64,000 bases of DNA from an uncultured Nitrososphaerota archaeon (lineage in GTDB: Archaea > Thermoproteota > Nitrososphaeria > Nitrososphaerales > CADDZS01), in assembly GCA_963799845.1 (NCBI GenBank), contig CAWCYI010000004.1, positions 640,001 through 704,000 of the forward strand. Direction: 5' to 3'. Below the pieces are notes generated by a model that made no database searches, was not told the origin of the DNA, and was given only the letters and a program-made list of their open reading frames with translations. Below are positions 28,712 through 38,808 of the stretch, in pieces. How positions within the stretch are numbered: position 1 is the stretch's first letter; each line of letters starts with the position of its first letter. The position numbers and the translations under genes are program-made.

Positions 28712-29128
28712 CTAGATCATGTCTTTGGCCAATTTACCCGGACGGGTTCTTCTCACTAGATCGGTCGAAGTAATGATCCCTACGAGCTCGCCGCTTTCTA
28801 ATACGGGGAGTTTCGTTATGTTGTTTTTCGACATAATGGCTGACGCCTCGGACAGCGTCTCGCCAGCTTCAATAGTAACTACGGGCGTGGTCATTACGCT
28901 GGCAGCTGTGATTTTTTGAGGATCGCGCCTTTTCATTACTGCCTCACGAATTATGTCGCTCTTGGTGGCGATCCCGATTACTTTCTTGTTTTCAAGTACG
29001 ACGACGCAACCAATGTCGTGATCAAGCATTTCTTGTGCGATGTCATAAGCAGTAGAGGTAGAATCGACGGACACCACCTTTTTCGACATGAGATCCTTGA
29101 CAGGTGCAGTCATCGCCAGCTGGGTCAA
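28712..29128 (-). CDS. Tandem CBS-domain protein
   Basis: VKDLMSK, IGCVVV, VMTTPVVT, LPVLESGELVGIITSTDL. Confidence 0.9.
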   Translation of the reverse strand: MTQLAMTAPVKDLMSKKVVSVDSTSTAYDIAQEMLDHDIGCVVVLENKKVIGIATKSDIIREAVMKRRDPQKITAASVMTTPVVTIEAGETLSEASAIMSKNNITKLPVLESGELVGIITSTDLVRRTRPGKLAKDMI

Positions 29129-29285
29129 TTGGTATTCGGATAACTGGTTTCGCGATGTGACATATTAGGCTAGCTTTGCACTTTGATTGATAAACGGAGA
29201 ACGTAGTGCCAGACTTGCCACGCAATCAAGTAGCGTAGCAAATCAACGTAAAGGAAAAAGTTCAGTCTGAGAAAATTGGACGGAG

Positions 29286-29417
29286 CTAGCCCGAGGACGT
29301 AAATTCACGAGCTTCCTCAGCCGTTATAGAATTATCGTCTGAGTAAAGACAAGTCTGACATGTTCCGTCCTCTATCTCGCTTTCACACTTTTCGCAGTTC
29401 TCTTCAATGACCAACAT
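29286..29417 (-). CDS. 43-aa zinc-ribbon microprotein
   Basis: MLVIEENCEKCESEIEDGTCQTCLYSDD (two CxxC). Confidence 0.55.
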   Translation of the reverse strand: MLVIEENCEKCESEIEDGTCQTCLYSDDNSITAEEAREFTSSG

Positions 29418-29530
29418 CTTACCGCCTTCTAAACAGAAGCTCCTGTAAGTACTTACAAAGAAGGATGGAAATAATCGTTTAGTCAATATTGATTCTTCTG
29501 GGGAATCATACAAAATTCAGGCAAACGTTC

Positions 29531-30850
29531 TCAGGAGATTTCGCCGATTAGAAACGCAGAGATTTCATCGCCCTGTCTTACACTCGTTCTTCCGTCTCTT
29601 CCGATGACGGCAATCCCATTCGCCTCACGCAGCCACGACGAGAACTGTGCCTCCGTTGGTCTGACGATCTTCGCCCAGTACATCTCCCCATCTCGGGAGA
29701 TTCTAACCCTGAGAAAGTGTGTCAGCCCCGCCTTACCATCGTAGTCGTCATCGATCGTTGCACGGATCATGGGGTAATCCAAGGATGAACTCCCCCCAAG
29801 CTTCAGGATAGCCGGTCGACCGAAGACAAGGAAACTGACAATCGCAGATGTTGGGAATCCGGGTAATAGAATCAACGGTTTTCCGCGGCGTACTGCAAGA
29901 CCAGTCGGACTCGAAGGCCGCATGGCGACCCCGTGAACCAGGATCTTGACGCCTTTGATAGACTCGGCTGCCTTGGTGACGTAGTCTCTTTCGCCAACCG
30001 AAGAGCCGGCGGAAAGGAAAAGTGCATCGTACTTGAAGCCTTCAATCATTTTGGCTCTGACCTGCTCCAGATTATCTCGCGCGATTCCAAGATCCTCTGG
30101 AATCCCGCCGAGCTCATTAATCATCGAAGAGAGAAACGGACGATTCGAATCAAATATGCCGACTCGATTCGTAGATCTACGCTTTCTACTTCCCCCTAGA
30201 CCGACATCCTCGAGTTCGTCTCCCGTTGAGAAGAACGCCACTCTGGGCTTCGCGTAAACCAGAAATCGATTGATTCCCTGCATCGAGAGGAGGGCAATGT
30301 GTTGGGGTCGCAGACGCGTACCAGCAGAGAACAGGATCTGTCCTTTTCTCAAATCCTGTCCCGGGGAAAGAATGTTTTCGCCGACTTTGGCAGGCTTTGT
30401 TGCCCTGAGACTGTCTCGTTCCACCTGAGCGTATTCAATCATGACAACGGCATTAGCTCCCTGTGGAATGTAAGCACCTGTTGAGATTCTCGCGGCTTCG
30501 CCAGCCCGAATGGAGAGCCTCGGAACCTCTCCGATCCGGACTTCGCCGACAATTTTGAGCGGTTGATTTTCCTCGACACCCGTGTCCTCAGGGAGTTTGA
30601 TCGCATATCCGTCGCGAGTCGACCTTGCGAACTTTGGAAGATTCTGCGGACTCATCAGATCCTTAAACAAGACTCTGTTATCGGATTCTGAAATCGTTAC
30701 TTCTTCAGATCTGGTTTTTCGAATCTCGTTTAGCAAAATTTTTAGGGCGTCGCTGACGCTCATGTGTTCTTCGGCCCTGTCAACACCGTGATAGTGTGAG
30801 TGGTTGTGTTCTTCTTCCATTGTCATATCATCTGCAAAGTTTCTGGACAA
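29531..30850 (-). CDS. moeA: Molybdopterin molybdotransferase MoeA
   Basis: RSTRDGYA, ISTGAYIPQGANAVVMIE, FSTGDEL, SAGSSVGERD, LPGFPTS; His-rich N-terminus. Confidence 0.93.
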   Translation of the reverse strand: MSRNFADDMTMEEEHNHSHYHGVDRAEEHMSVSDALKILLNEIRKTRSEEVTISESDNRVLFKDLMSPQNLPKFARSTRDGYAIKLPEDTGVEENQPLKIVGEVRIGEVPRLSIRAGEAARISTGAYIPQGANAVVMIEYAQVERDSLRATKPAKVGENILSPGQDLRKGQILFSAGTRLRPQHIALLSMQGINRFLVYAKPRVAFFSTGDELEDVGLGGSRKRRSTNRVGIFDSNRPFLSSMINELGGIPEDLGIARDNLEQVRAKMIEGFKYDALFLSAGSSVGERDYVTKAAESIKGVKILVHGVAMRPSSPTGLAVRRGKPLILLPGFPTSAIVSFLVFGRPAILKLGGSSSLDYPMIRATIDDDYDGKAGLTHFLRVRISRDGEMYWAKIVRPTEAQFSSWLREANGIAVIGRDGRTSVRQGDEISAFLIGEIS

Positions 30851-30860
30851 GCTTGCCGAA

Positions 30861-31730
30861 CTAACTAGCTACCTGACCAGGGTGCTCTAGTCTAATGTCT
30901 CTCTTCGGGTTATAGATTGCTATTACGAGGAAAGCGATCATAGCTAACAAACCGAGCCCAATGACTGCAAAATTATGTAATGAGAAATTCGCGACGACTC
31001 CATCAACCATGAGTAGAACGTAAGCTATCACTGAATCGCGGCCATTGCTTCTCTTGATTAAGTTTGAACCGCTCTTCGGGGAAAGCAGTGAAAGGCAGAC
31101 GAAAATCATCAATGCAACGAGGACAAACCAACCTAGAAAGTTCGTCAACGGGATTCCATCGAGCTCGGGCAGGGGGAGGAACTGACCCGTCCAGACCCAA
31201 TATCCGTAGGCTGAAAACATTGGGTCTATCATAAAGTCCCACGAAACGGCACCAAACGCCGATAGCAACGCTATTTTTGCAATCAGTGAAGCCTTGCCGG
31301 AACCCCCGCTAAATTGTCTAGAATTCCCCGCGACAATGCTGTAGGACAGGTACGATATTACAAACCAGACAAGTGGAACTACAACAGGTACGCCTAGAAA
31401 TTTTTCACCCAGGAAATCAGTGTAGTAGTATTTCCCAAATGGAATCCCAGAATTCGTTCCAAGAACTTCTGCTAAAAATCCGATTGCTGAAGTAATTGCT
31501 AGAAACGAAATGGCATTTTTGATCCCAAACTCGTAAATTGATTGTCCCAGGGCAAAGAAAAGTAACGCGAACGACAACCCAAAGAATATGTCCGCAGATA
31601 CGCTGAACTTGAAAATCAGACCGAGCACAATGAAGATGAGAATTACTGCGTAGACCGCGAGTAGAATATGTACAACCAAGCTTCCGAGGGTTCGAGAGTT
31701 GTTCCCCGATTGCAAAGTTGATTTACTCAT
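30861..31730 (-). CDS. Carotenoid biosynthesis membrane protein (CruF/DUF422 family)
   Basis: AEVLGTNSGIPFGKYYYT, LGVP, WDFMIDP, GYWVW, GIPLTNFLGWF. Confidence 0.82.
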   Translation of the reverse strand: MSKSTLQSGNNSRTLGSLVVHILLAVYAVILIFIVLGLIFKFSVSADIFFGLSFALLFFALGQSIYEFGIKNAISFLAITSAIGFLAEVLGTNSGIPFGKYYYTDFLGEKFLGVPVVVPLVWFVISYLSYSIVAGNSRQFSGGSGKASLIAKIALLSAFGAVSWDFMIDPMFSAYGYWVWTGQFLPLPELDGIPLTNFLGWFVLVALMIFVCLSLLSPKSGSNLIKRSNGRDSVIAYVLLMVDGVVANFSLHNFAVIGLGLLAMIAFLVIAIYNPKRDIRLEHPGQVAS

Positions 31731-31787
31731 GACGTGCTTCTGGGTATTCCGCCTCTTTGCTGTGCCTCTGTTTTGAAAAAAGTTTCC

Positions 31788-32690
31788 CTACTGCGCGAAA
31801 TTGTCGAGGGTTGGAGCTGCATCGTCATCTCCAGGAGACCAGCATAAGGAAGACCCAGAAGTGTCTAGCCCATATTCGGTTGCTTTACTAATCACTTGCT
31901 GGCGAACTGTTGATCCACCCTCCATGAGTTTCTCGGCACTCTGCCCTGATCTCTCCTCAAACATTTGTTTGGATTGTTCGTATCCTACGAACCGCAACAA
32001 ACCAACCGTCACTGATGAAACCTCGACTTCCTTCAGGCTCCTGAATAGGCTGTCAAGATCAGTCAGTATTAACTTTGGAATTAGCGGAGCCATCGAAACC
32101 CAGGTTGTTATGCCAAAGTCACGTAGCTCTGCCAAAGCTTCCAGTCTTTTTTCAAGCGATGGAACTCCCGGTTCGTAAAACTTTGTAGGAACGGTGGAAA
32201 TGGAGAAACCCACCCGAATCCAATCAAATTCTCTGAGGATATCAATATCCCTTAGAACGAGTGGAGACCTCGTTAGGAGGAGTACGGGAAATCTGTGCTT
32301 TGAAAGCACTTTGAGAACCTTTCTTGTAATCTTGAATCTAGCTTCCACCGGCTGGTACGGATCAGACGCGCTTGAGACAAAGACTACCTGCTTTCTCGCT
32401 CTCGCGAGCTCCCCGTCAAGAACGCTCGGTGCATTGATCTTCGCATCAACGTAATCTCCCCACCTTCTTTCATCGTGAATCAATGAAGGCGCGTAACAAT
32501 ACACACACCCATGCGTACATCCTCTGTAAAGGTTGATAGTGTACTCGGTGGATGATCCAAAATTCATTTCATGTAGGAGCGAGGAGCATCTGATTTCGCG
32601 TACTTCCACTCTTGAATTTTTTGAACGTGCCGTCGAATGATCAAGAGAATTCTCTAGTGAGAAAAAAGAATTCAATGAAGCTGAAGACAA
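31788..32690 (-). CDS. Radical SAM protein, spore photoproduct lyase (SplB)-like DNA repair family
   Basis: INLYRGCTHGCVYCYA, SSASDPYQPVE, LTRSPLVLRDID, EPGVPS..RL. Confidence 0.88.
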   Translation of the reverse strand: MSSASLNSFFSLENSLDHSTARSKNSRVEVREIRCSSLLHEMNFGSSTEYTINLYRGCTHGCVYCYAPSLIHDERRWGDYVDAKINAPSVLDGELARARKQVVFVSSASDPYQPVEARFKITRKVLKVLSKHRFPVLLLTRSPLVLRDIDILREFDWIRVGFSISTVPTKFYEPGVPSLEKRLEALAELRDFGITTWVSMAPLIPKLILTDLDSLFRSLKEVEVSSVTVGLLRFVGYEQSKQMFEERSGQSAEKLMEGGSTVRQQVISKATEYGLDTSGSSLCWSPGDDDAAPTLDNFAQ

Positions 32691-32714
32691 TTCGCGAAAA
32701 GTCTTATGTCATTT

Positions 32715-32746
32715 ATTATAAAGTGTTACTGTAATCTTACTGTAAC
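32715..32746 (-). promoter_or_regulatory. Promoter of the SplB-like gene: tandem TTACAGTAA boxes abutting TATA (TTTATAAT)
   Basis: Minus strand GTTACAGTAAGATTACAGTAACAC-TTTATAAT; boxes at 32726-32734 and 32737-32745. Confidence 0.7.
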
Positions 32747-32853
32747 ATTTCAGAGATTTCCTGTCTGTAGTGTCAGTACGGCCTAGAAATCTTGTAAACA
32801 TTTAATATTAAAGATCAGGTATAGATCTCTTCCGGCAACGAAGCGAAACGAAG

Positions 32854-33923
32854 TTGGAATACCAACCCATTCCCGAGCCCAAAAAGAGAGGATGGGCTGG
32901 CGTAATCGGGGCTATTGTTGCGGTGATCTTGGTTGTCATCGTCGCACTTCTCGTTTTGCCCAGCATATTTTCAATTAGCAGCTTCTCTCGAGCAATGATT
33001 CGACCTCGACTTTTGTCGTAAGCCCCGCCAACTCGAACTCGTCCGTCCCAAGTTCCACGGTTGAGATAACTTATCCCGCAGATTATGATCAGCTGGTAAA
33101 TTACTCCCTGACGATCATTAACGAAAACAGGACCAGTTCCGGGCTGTCCCCCGTGACGCTCAGTCCTGAGCCCTCGGGACAGCAACATGCTGATTCCATG
33201 CTCGCGAATAATTATTTCAGCCACTGGGACACGCAGGGTGAAAAACCCTACATTCGTTACACCACTCTGAACGGCACTGGATTCGTCGAAGAAAATGTTG
33301 CCTACGAATACACTAGTCTGCCCACGTTTACATCAACGGCCCAGGTCGAGAGGGCAATTGGATCTCTCGAATGGCAGATGATGAATAACGACTCTGAGTG
33401 TTGCGGCAACGGTCACAGGGACAACATACTGAATTCGTTTCACAACAGGGTGTCGATCGGCGTGTCCTACGATGCTACGCATGTTTATTTCGTGGAAGAT
33501 TTCGAGACCTTCCTGACCAGTCTTGTCACCCCCATCTCTCAGGGGAACTCAGTAACACTTACCGGAAACACATCTGGGACAATCAATCCGAATTCAGTAT
33601 TGATCTTTTACGATCCACTTCCGACATCGCTCAGCAGCGACGCGCTCAATTCGCAGTATGCTGGATCTTACGACCAGGGTACTTTTCTAGGAGGGATAGT
33701 ACCTCCCTGCAGCAATCTCTTGGGCCGTTGCCTGGAATTTGCTCAGGGCATCACCGAGCAAGCTTCAACCTGGCAGGTTGGTGGAAATACGATCAATATC
33801 CAATTCTCTCTTTCAAACTTCATTCAAAAGAACGGAGATGGAGTCTATACTATTTATCTGGTGCAGGGATCACAAGACAATCCCGAGTTTCTCACGAGCA
33901 TCTCCGTGTTTATCTCGGGTTGA
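32854..33923 (+). CDS. Membrane-anchored CAP/SCP-domain protein; frameshift near 32985
   Basis: TM anchor from TTG 32854, then INENRTSSGLSPV, QQHADSML..YFSHWD, ENVA, GHRDNIL..HNRVSIG. Confidence 0.8.
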
Positions 33924-34047
33924 ACCCCCTGAATCCTTGATCTTGTGGGACACTAGCAACATGCCCGAACATACTGACCTGGAACAGATAAATCCGGCTT
34001 CATACCCTAATTGACCTAAGTGCGTGTAGATTTCGGAGGCGGAACAA

Positions 34048-34905
34048 TTGGATGACCAGTTTATCTCGAAGATAGAAGAGCTGAAGGATCTCAATCTCGC
34101 AATTGCAACTATCACAAAGACCTTCGGATCAACCCTCGGCAAGCCGGGGTTCAAAATGATTATCTCAGAAGGTGGCGAGATAGTCTACGGGACTCTGGGT
34201 GGCGGCTGTCCTGAAGGACCAATCGTTAGAGTGGGCCTCGACGTGATGAAAGCGCAGCTCCCAAGAGTTGTGAAGGTCTATCTCGAGGATGCCAAAACCG
34301 CTCTTGGAAAAATATCGATTTCAGACGACGGTGACGAAATCCACGTGGAGACTAACTGCGGCGGTAACATGGAAATTCTCGTTGAACCATATTCGCCCAG
34401 ACCCATTTTGATGGTCTTCGGTGATACTTTCAACAGCCCCTTAGAGCGGACGATTGTCAATGTTGGAAAGGAAATTGGATTCAAGACGATCGAGCATAAT
34501 CCGCTCGGCGCTTGCGGTCAACCGGACCTTGCAAGTACAACTCTTGACATCGATTCCATAAAAATACCTGAAGGCGCGTACGTAGTCCTAGTCACTCGAG
34601 GTGTCAACGACGCTCCCCTCCTGAAGCATCTCTCCGAGTTCAAATTAAGCTACGTTGGAATGGTCGCCAGCGAGAATAGATGGAGGGCCACCAGAGACGA
34701 ACTGATCGAGCTGGGTGTCAGCAAAGAGTTTGTGGGGAAGGTCCACTCTCCCGCCGGGCTTGACATCAATTCAGTTCTGCTCGAGGAGATCGCAGTTTCA
34801 ATACTAGCCGAAATAATCGAATACCGAAGGACAGATCAGAAGGAAAAGCAAGTTGGAACAGCAAGAATGGTTCCGAAATCTCTCTCCCAGACTTTCGGCC
34901 GCTAA
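34048..34905 (+). CDS. XdhC/CoxI family molybdenum-hydroxylase maturation factor
   Basis: GTLGGGCPE, CGGNMEILVEP, YVGMVAS, VHSPAGLDI, EEIAVSILAEI. Confidence 0.9.
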   Translation: MDDQFISKIEELKDLNLAIATITKTFGSTLGKPGFKMIISEGGEIVYGTLGGGCPEGPIVRVGLDVMKAQLPRVVKVYLEDAKTALGKISISDDGDEIHVETNCGGNMEILVEPYSPRPILMVFGDTFNSPLERTIVNVGKEIGFKTIEHNPLGACGQPDLASTTLDIDSIKIPEGAYVVLVTRGVNDAPLLKHLSEFKLSYVGMVASENRWRATRDELIELGVSKEFVGKVHSPAGLDINSVLLEEIAVSILAEIIEYRRTDQKEKQVGTARMVPKSLSQTFGR

Positions 34906-34930
34906 TCTGGTCTAGTCTTTGAACATATTC

Positions 34931-35818
34931 TCACTTATCATGAACTATCTGAACTGGTTCGGGCTTTATCGTTATTCGCCCTAACGAGACGATCTCCTGT
35001 CGCATCATCTTCGCAACTTCCTGGGTAATCGCGTCTGCCTTGAACAGCGATATATTTCCATCGACCTTCAGGTGCATCTCAACTGTAAGGAATGGTCCGT
35101 TCCTCCTCACTCGCAGATCGTCGATTGCATAAACTCCCGGAACGGCTGACGCGATGTTCTTGATCGTCTCGATCATTTCTGGATTACCATAGGCATCCGC
35201 CAATACCAGAGAGCTCTCTTTCACCGCAAAATAACCAGCTACCATAACAAAGACTCCGATTACGAGAGCAGAGAGGGAATCGAATTCATAGAGTCCAATT
35301 GAGCTCAAACCTATGCCAATAAAGGCGATTAAAGAAGCTGAAGCGTCTTTTATGGAGTTGTAAGCATCCGTCCGGAGAGACACAAGACCACTAGATTTCG
35401 CGTAGGTCTGCTTCGCTTTGGCAAGAATGACGGCTGTAACAATCGAGATAAAAGCTATCAGGAGCGGATAAAAAAACGACGACTGGTGGTGCGAGGCAGG
35501 TTTGAGATATACTTGCACTCCCGTATAGCTGATGACTAAGCCTGATGCCACCATGATCATCGCGGCAAATAGTGAAAATATCGCGTCGAATTTGTAATAA
35601 CCATAATGGAATTTACCGTCTGCCTTTTTTTGTGAATATCTTATCCCAAACCAGACTGTAAGAGAGACAATGGCGTCCACGAACGAGTGGATGCCGTCCG
35701 CAGAAAGAGCGAGGCTGCCGAAAATTGTACCGACACCGAGTTCCAGAACTCCAATAGCAAGATTCACGAAGAAGGAGATGATCGCAATTCGCTGACCTTT
35801 TGATACCCTTTGGCTCAT
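34931..35818 (-). CDS. Cation diffusion facilitator (CDF) transporter
   Basis: SLALSADGIHSFVD, ADGKFHYGY, C-terminal dimerisation domain; start at ATG 35818 or 35860. Confidence 0.9.
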   Translation of the reverse strand: MSQRVSKGQRIAIISFFVNLAIGVLELGVGTIFGSLALSADGIHSFVDAIVSLTVWFGIRYSQKKADGKFHYGYYKFDAIFSLFAAMIMVASGLVISYTGVQVYLKPASHHQSSFFYPLLIAFISIVTAVILAKAKQTYAKSSGLVSLRTDAYNSIKDASASLIAFIGIGLSSIGLYEFDSLSALVIGVFVMVAGYFAVKESSLVLADAYGNPEMIETIKNIASAVPGVYAIDDLRVRRNGPFLTVEMHLKVDGNISLFKADAITQEVAKMMRQEIVSLGRITIKPEPVQIVHDK

Positions 35819-35902
35819 CTGGGCGCGGATAGTTTCCCGCGCGGGATCAGCGTGAAACATGTATCTTGTGCTGAACTAGTCTGGTTGTTACTAAAAAGTG
35901 TG

Positions 35903-37162
35903 TTATCGTGCCTTCTTGGTTAGAAGGGGAAAAGCGAAAACAAATACGATGAACCCGATTGGTGGAACAAGGAACGGAATGGCCAGGGATGTCCCGGAAA
36001 TCGACCCTCCAATTATCGGCCCCAAGCATGCTCCCACTCCGATGGAAGACTCGAACAGACCCGCGTTACGGCCTAACTTGCCCGGACTCGACTCTGCAAT
36101 CATGCCGGTTTGCGCGATTGCGTAGACAATTGATATCCCGATTCCGACTATCGCGTAGGCTACCAGGTAAGCGATCCCAGAGGGGTCTCTCACAAAGATC
36201 AGGAGGCTCGAAACGGATGTCATTGCAAGAGCCAAGAACATGTTTCGGGCTCTCTTGTCGGAACGGAGAAGAGCGTACCGAACTCGCTGATTTACCGTCA
36301 AAACATAGAAAAGAAATCGTCCAAACCCGAAGACGAAAGTGATTACCCCAACCAGTAGTATGGAGATTCCCATCGACCTCGCGTAGGGGGCAAAGAATGT
36401 GAATAAGACTCCGGAAGAAGCCGCCGCGAGCGCACACGTCACCATGTAGAACTTCATATCGAGCTTCTTGGTTATCTTCGGAGCAATCTCCAGGTCATTA
36501 GTTTCTGAAATTGGGACCTGATTAAATTGTGGGGCTTTCTGAGGCTCTCCGCGATGAAATAGAGAAGGATACAAATTCACCGCGAGAGTCAAGACCATGA
36601 TGAAAAATGTCAGTAGAAATGCGTCCCGGATCGAAGTTAGGAAAATTAGAGCAGAACCCATTAGCGGGCCTACGGCAGCGGCACTAGACCACGAAACATT
36701 GTAAATACTAAAGGCCTTCTTTGCATCCATCGAAGTCACGTCCTTACTTATCGCAGCATCCATGGCGGGCCAAAGCATCGCCCACCCTATTCCCTCGAAG
36801 ACTCGAGCTATGATGAGAGAAACTGGATTAGATATGAGGACGTAGGCTATTGAGACTACTGAAAGCACGGTAAACGAGGAGATGATGAAAATTCTCCGCG
36901 AGCCTCTTCGGTCGGAAAAATGCCCCATAACGAACGGCATGAAAGAATAAACGACGTTCGACGCGCCTCCCACCAAGCCTATCTCAAACAGGCTCGCGCC
37001 CAGTCTTGAAGCGAGGAGCGGAACGAATAATGCGTAAATCGGAAGAGCCAGATTTCCCGCAAATGCCGAAAAAAGATATCTTTGGAAATCTCCCGAGAGA
37101 TTTTTTGGGAATGAGAAAAATCCTCTTTCGACATTAGGTTCTCTAAGATTGCGATTGGACAA
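35903..37162 (-). CDS. MFS transporter
   Basis: GHFSDRRGSRR, ARVFEGIG, 12 TM. Confidence 0.88.
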   Translation of the reverse strand: MSNRNLREPNVERGFFSFPKNLSGDFQRYLFSAFAGNLALPIYALFVPLLASRLGASLFEIGLVGGASNVVYSFMPFVMGHFSDRRGSRRIFIISSFTVLSVVSIAYVLISNPVSLIIARVFEGIGWAMLWPAMDAAISKDVTSMDAKKAFSIYNVSWSSAAAVGPLMGSALIFLTSIRDAFLLTFFIMVLTLAVNLYPSLFHRGEPQKAPQFNQVPISETNDLEIAPKITKKLDMKFYMVTCALAAASSGVLFTFFAPYARSMGISILLVGVITFVFGFGRFLFYVLTVNQRVRYALLRSDKRARNMFLALAMTSVSSLLIFVRDPSGIAYLVAYAIVGIGISIVYAIAQTGMIAESSPGKLGRNAGLFESSIGVGACLGPIIGGSISGTSLAIPFLVPPIGFIVFVFAFPLLTKKAR

Positions 37163-37294
37163 TTTTTCTCGTCATCCTGGCTGCACAAGCGTTGTTGAAC
37201 AATTGGCTTGCGAATCAGAAAATTCTTCTTCTAAAATGAAAACCCAGAAATTATGGTATTAAGCCTTCACGTGAACAAATGTTAAACCCGGGAT

Positions 37295-37426
37295 TCATGA
37301 ATCTTTGTACAGGATTGAAACTGCGGATCCGCACTCCTTGCAGAGTTTGAGATCCACGTCTGGCTTTCTAACATAGATCACTTCATTCTCTTTATTGCAA
37401 ACGGGACAGAACTTGCGCTCGGCCAT
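37295..37426 (-). CDS. 43-aa zinc-ribbon microprotein
   Basis: MAERKFCPVCNKENEVIYVRKPDVDLKLCKECGSAVSILYKDS. Confidence 0.65.
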   Translation of the reverse strand: MAERKFCPVCNKENEVIYVRKPDVDLKLCKECGSAVSILYKDS

Positions 37427-37451
37427 TTCAGTTTCCTGGATTAGATGCTGC

Positions 37452-38744
37452 TCACGCGAGAATTTTCTCCAGAGACTTTGCATCTGTGGAAATTGTTTGA
37501 ATTTGATCTGGCTTGACGCCTTCCAGCAGGGCGTTTGGATCTTTTAGTCCGTTGCCTGTGCAAATGCACACGATCGTTTCATGCTTCATCTGATCAAATT
37601 CATCCGATCCTGCGCTCGCGATTTTAGCAAGGTAAGCGATCGGCGTTGCAGAAGCAGGTTCAACGAAAAGTCCTTCTTTCGATGCCAGCAGTTTTTGCGC
37701 GGAGAAAATTTCTTCATCAGACACAGAATCTGCACGACCGCCAGAATCGTAGATCGCCGCTAGCGCCTTCATCCAGCTTACCGGCGATCCTATGTTAATG
37801 GCCGATGCCTCAGTTTGAGGGTTCAATACAGGCTCGATGGAATCCTTTCTTCCCTTCTTGAACGCGTGGGCAATCGGAGCCGCCCCCTCGGCTTGCACGC
37901 CGATCATTTTCGGCGGATTTTTCCCTAGGTGGTTTCCAAACAATCCTCCAAGCCCGTCCTCAAATATCTCGGAAAATCCCTTCCAAGCGGCCGATATGTT
38001 GCCGCCGTTCCCAACTGGAAGAACTAGAAAATCAGGAAAAGTTCCTCCAAGCTGCTCAACTATCTCAAACGAGACGGTCTTCTGTCCTTCAATTCTAAAC
38101 GGATTCAGGGAATTTAAGAGGAGAATCTTGTTGTCTCTTTCGCAGATCTCGCTTGCGACTCTCAGCGAGTCGTCGAAGTTGCCGTCCACCTGGTAGATTT
38201 CGGCACCGTAAGCGATCGCCTGCGCCATCTTACCCATGGCTATCTTCCCCTTTGGTACTAGAACGATACACCTCATCTGAGCTCTTGCAGCGTAGGCTGC
38301 GAGTGAAGCCGACGTGTTCCCAGTGGACGCGCACATTGCTATCTTGTAACCGAGCTCCTTTGCTTTCGAAACTCCCACGGTCATCCCGCGATCTTTGAAC
38401 GAGCCCGTCGGGTTCAGGCCTTCAAATTTTACAAGTAGAGACTTTACTCCGAAGAATGCAGCGAGATTACGACATTCGATGAGGGCCGTTCCACCCTCTG
38501 AAAGTGAAACAATGTTACTCCTGTTCCATAACGGAAGCAAGTCGAAGTAATTCCAGACGCCAAATGAAGCGACGGAACGTGGAGATTTTGAACTGGATAA
38601 ACTGGCAATTCGTCTAACTTCCAGAAGATTGCCGCACTGCGAACAACGGTAAAACTTGCCATAATCATCAATACTAAACTCCGTCTTACACGCAAAACAA
38701 CGAAGAATGTATTGCTCTCTTTTCTGCTGAATTTCGGCAGTCAT
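37452..38744 (-). CDS. thrC: Threonine synthase
   Basis: N-terminal Zn ribbon, EGLNPTGSFKDRG, CASTGNTSAS, NSLNPFRIEGQKT, PVGNGGN, TGNGLKD. Confidence 0.95.
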   Translation of the reverse strand: MTAEIQQKREQYILRCFACKTEFSIDDYGKFYRCSQCGNLLEVRRIASLSSSKSPRSVASFGVWNYFDLLPLWNRSNIVSLSEGGTALIECRNLAAFFGVKSLLVKFEGLNPTGSFKDRGMTVGVSKAKELGYKIAMCASTGNTSASLAAYAARAQMRCIVLVPKGKIAMGKMAQAIAYGAEIYQVDGNFDDSLRVASEICERDNKILLLNSLNPFRIEGQKTVSFEIVEQLGGTFPDFLVLPVGNGGNISAAWKGFSEIFEDGLGGLFGNHLGKNPPKMIGVQAEGAAPIAHAFKKGRKDSIEPVLNPQTEASAINIGSPVSWMKALAAIYDSGGRADSVSDEEIFSAQKLLASKEGLFVEPASATPIAYLAKIASAGSDEFDQMKHETIVCICTGNGLKDPNALLEGVKPDQIQTISTDAKSLEKILA

Positions 38745-38808
38745 ACAAGAAACCTACCAGAGGAATCTACTTAATTGTCTTGAGAAATTGGGAAAGAGTT
38801 TTCCTTGA

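Noticed and set aside
29444-29457. Palindrome TGTAAGTACTTACA as a third copy of the radA/splB box
   Set aside because: Shares TTAC/GTAA half-sites but in a different arrangement; may just overlap the promoter of the microprotein
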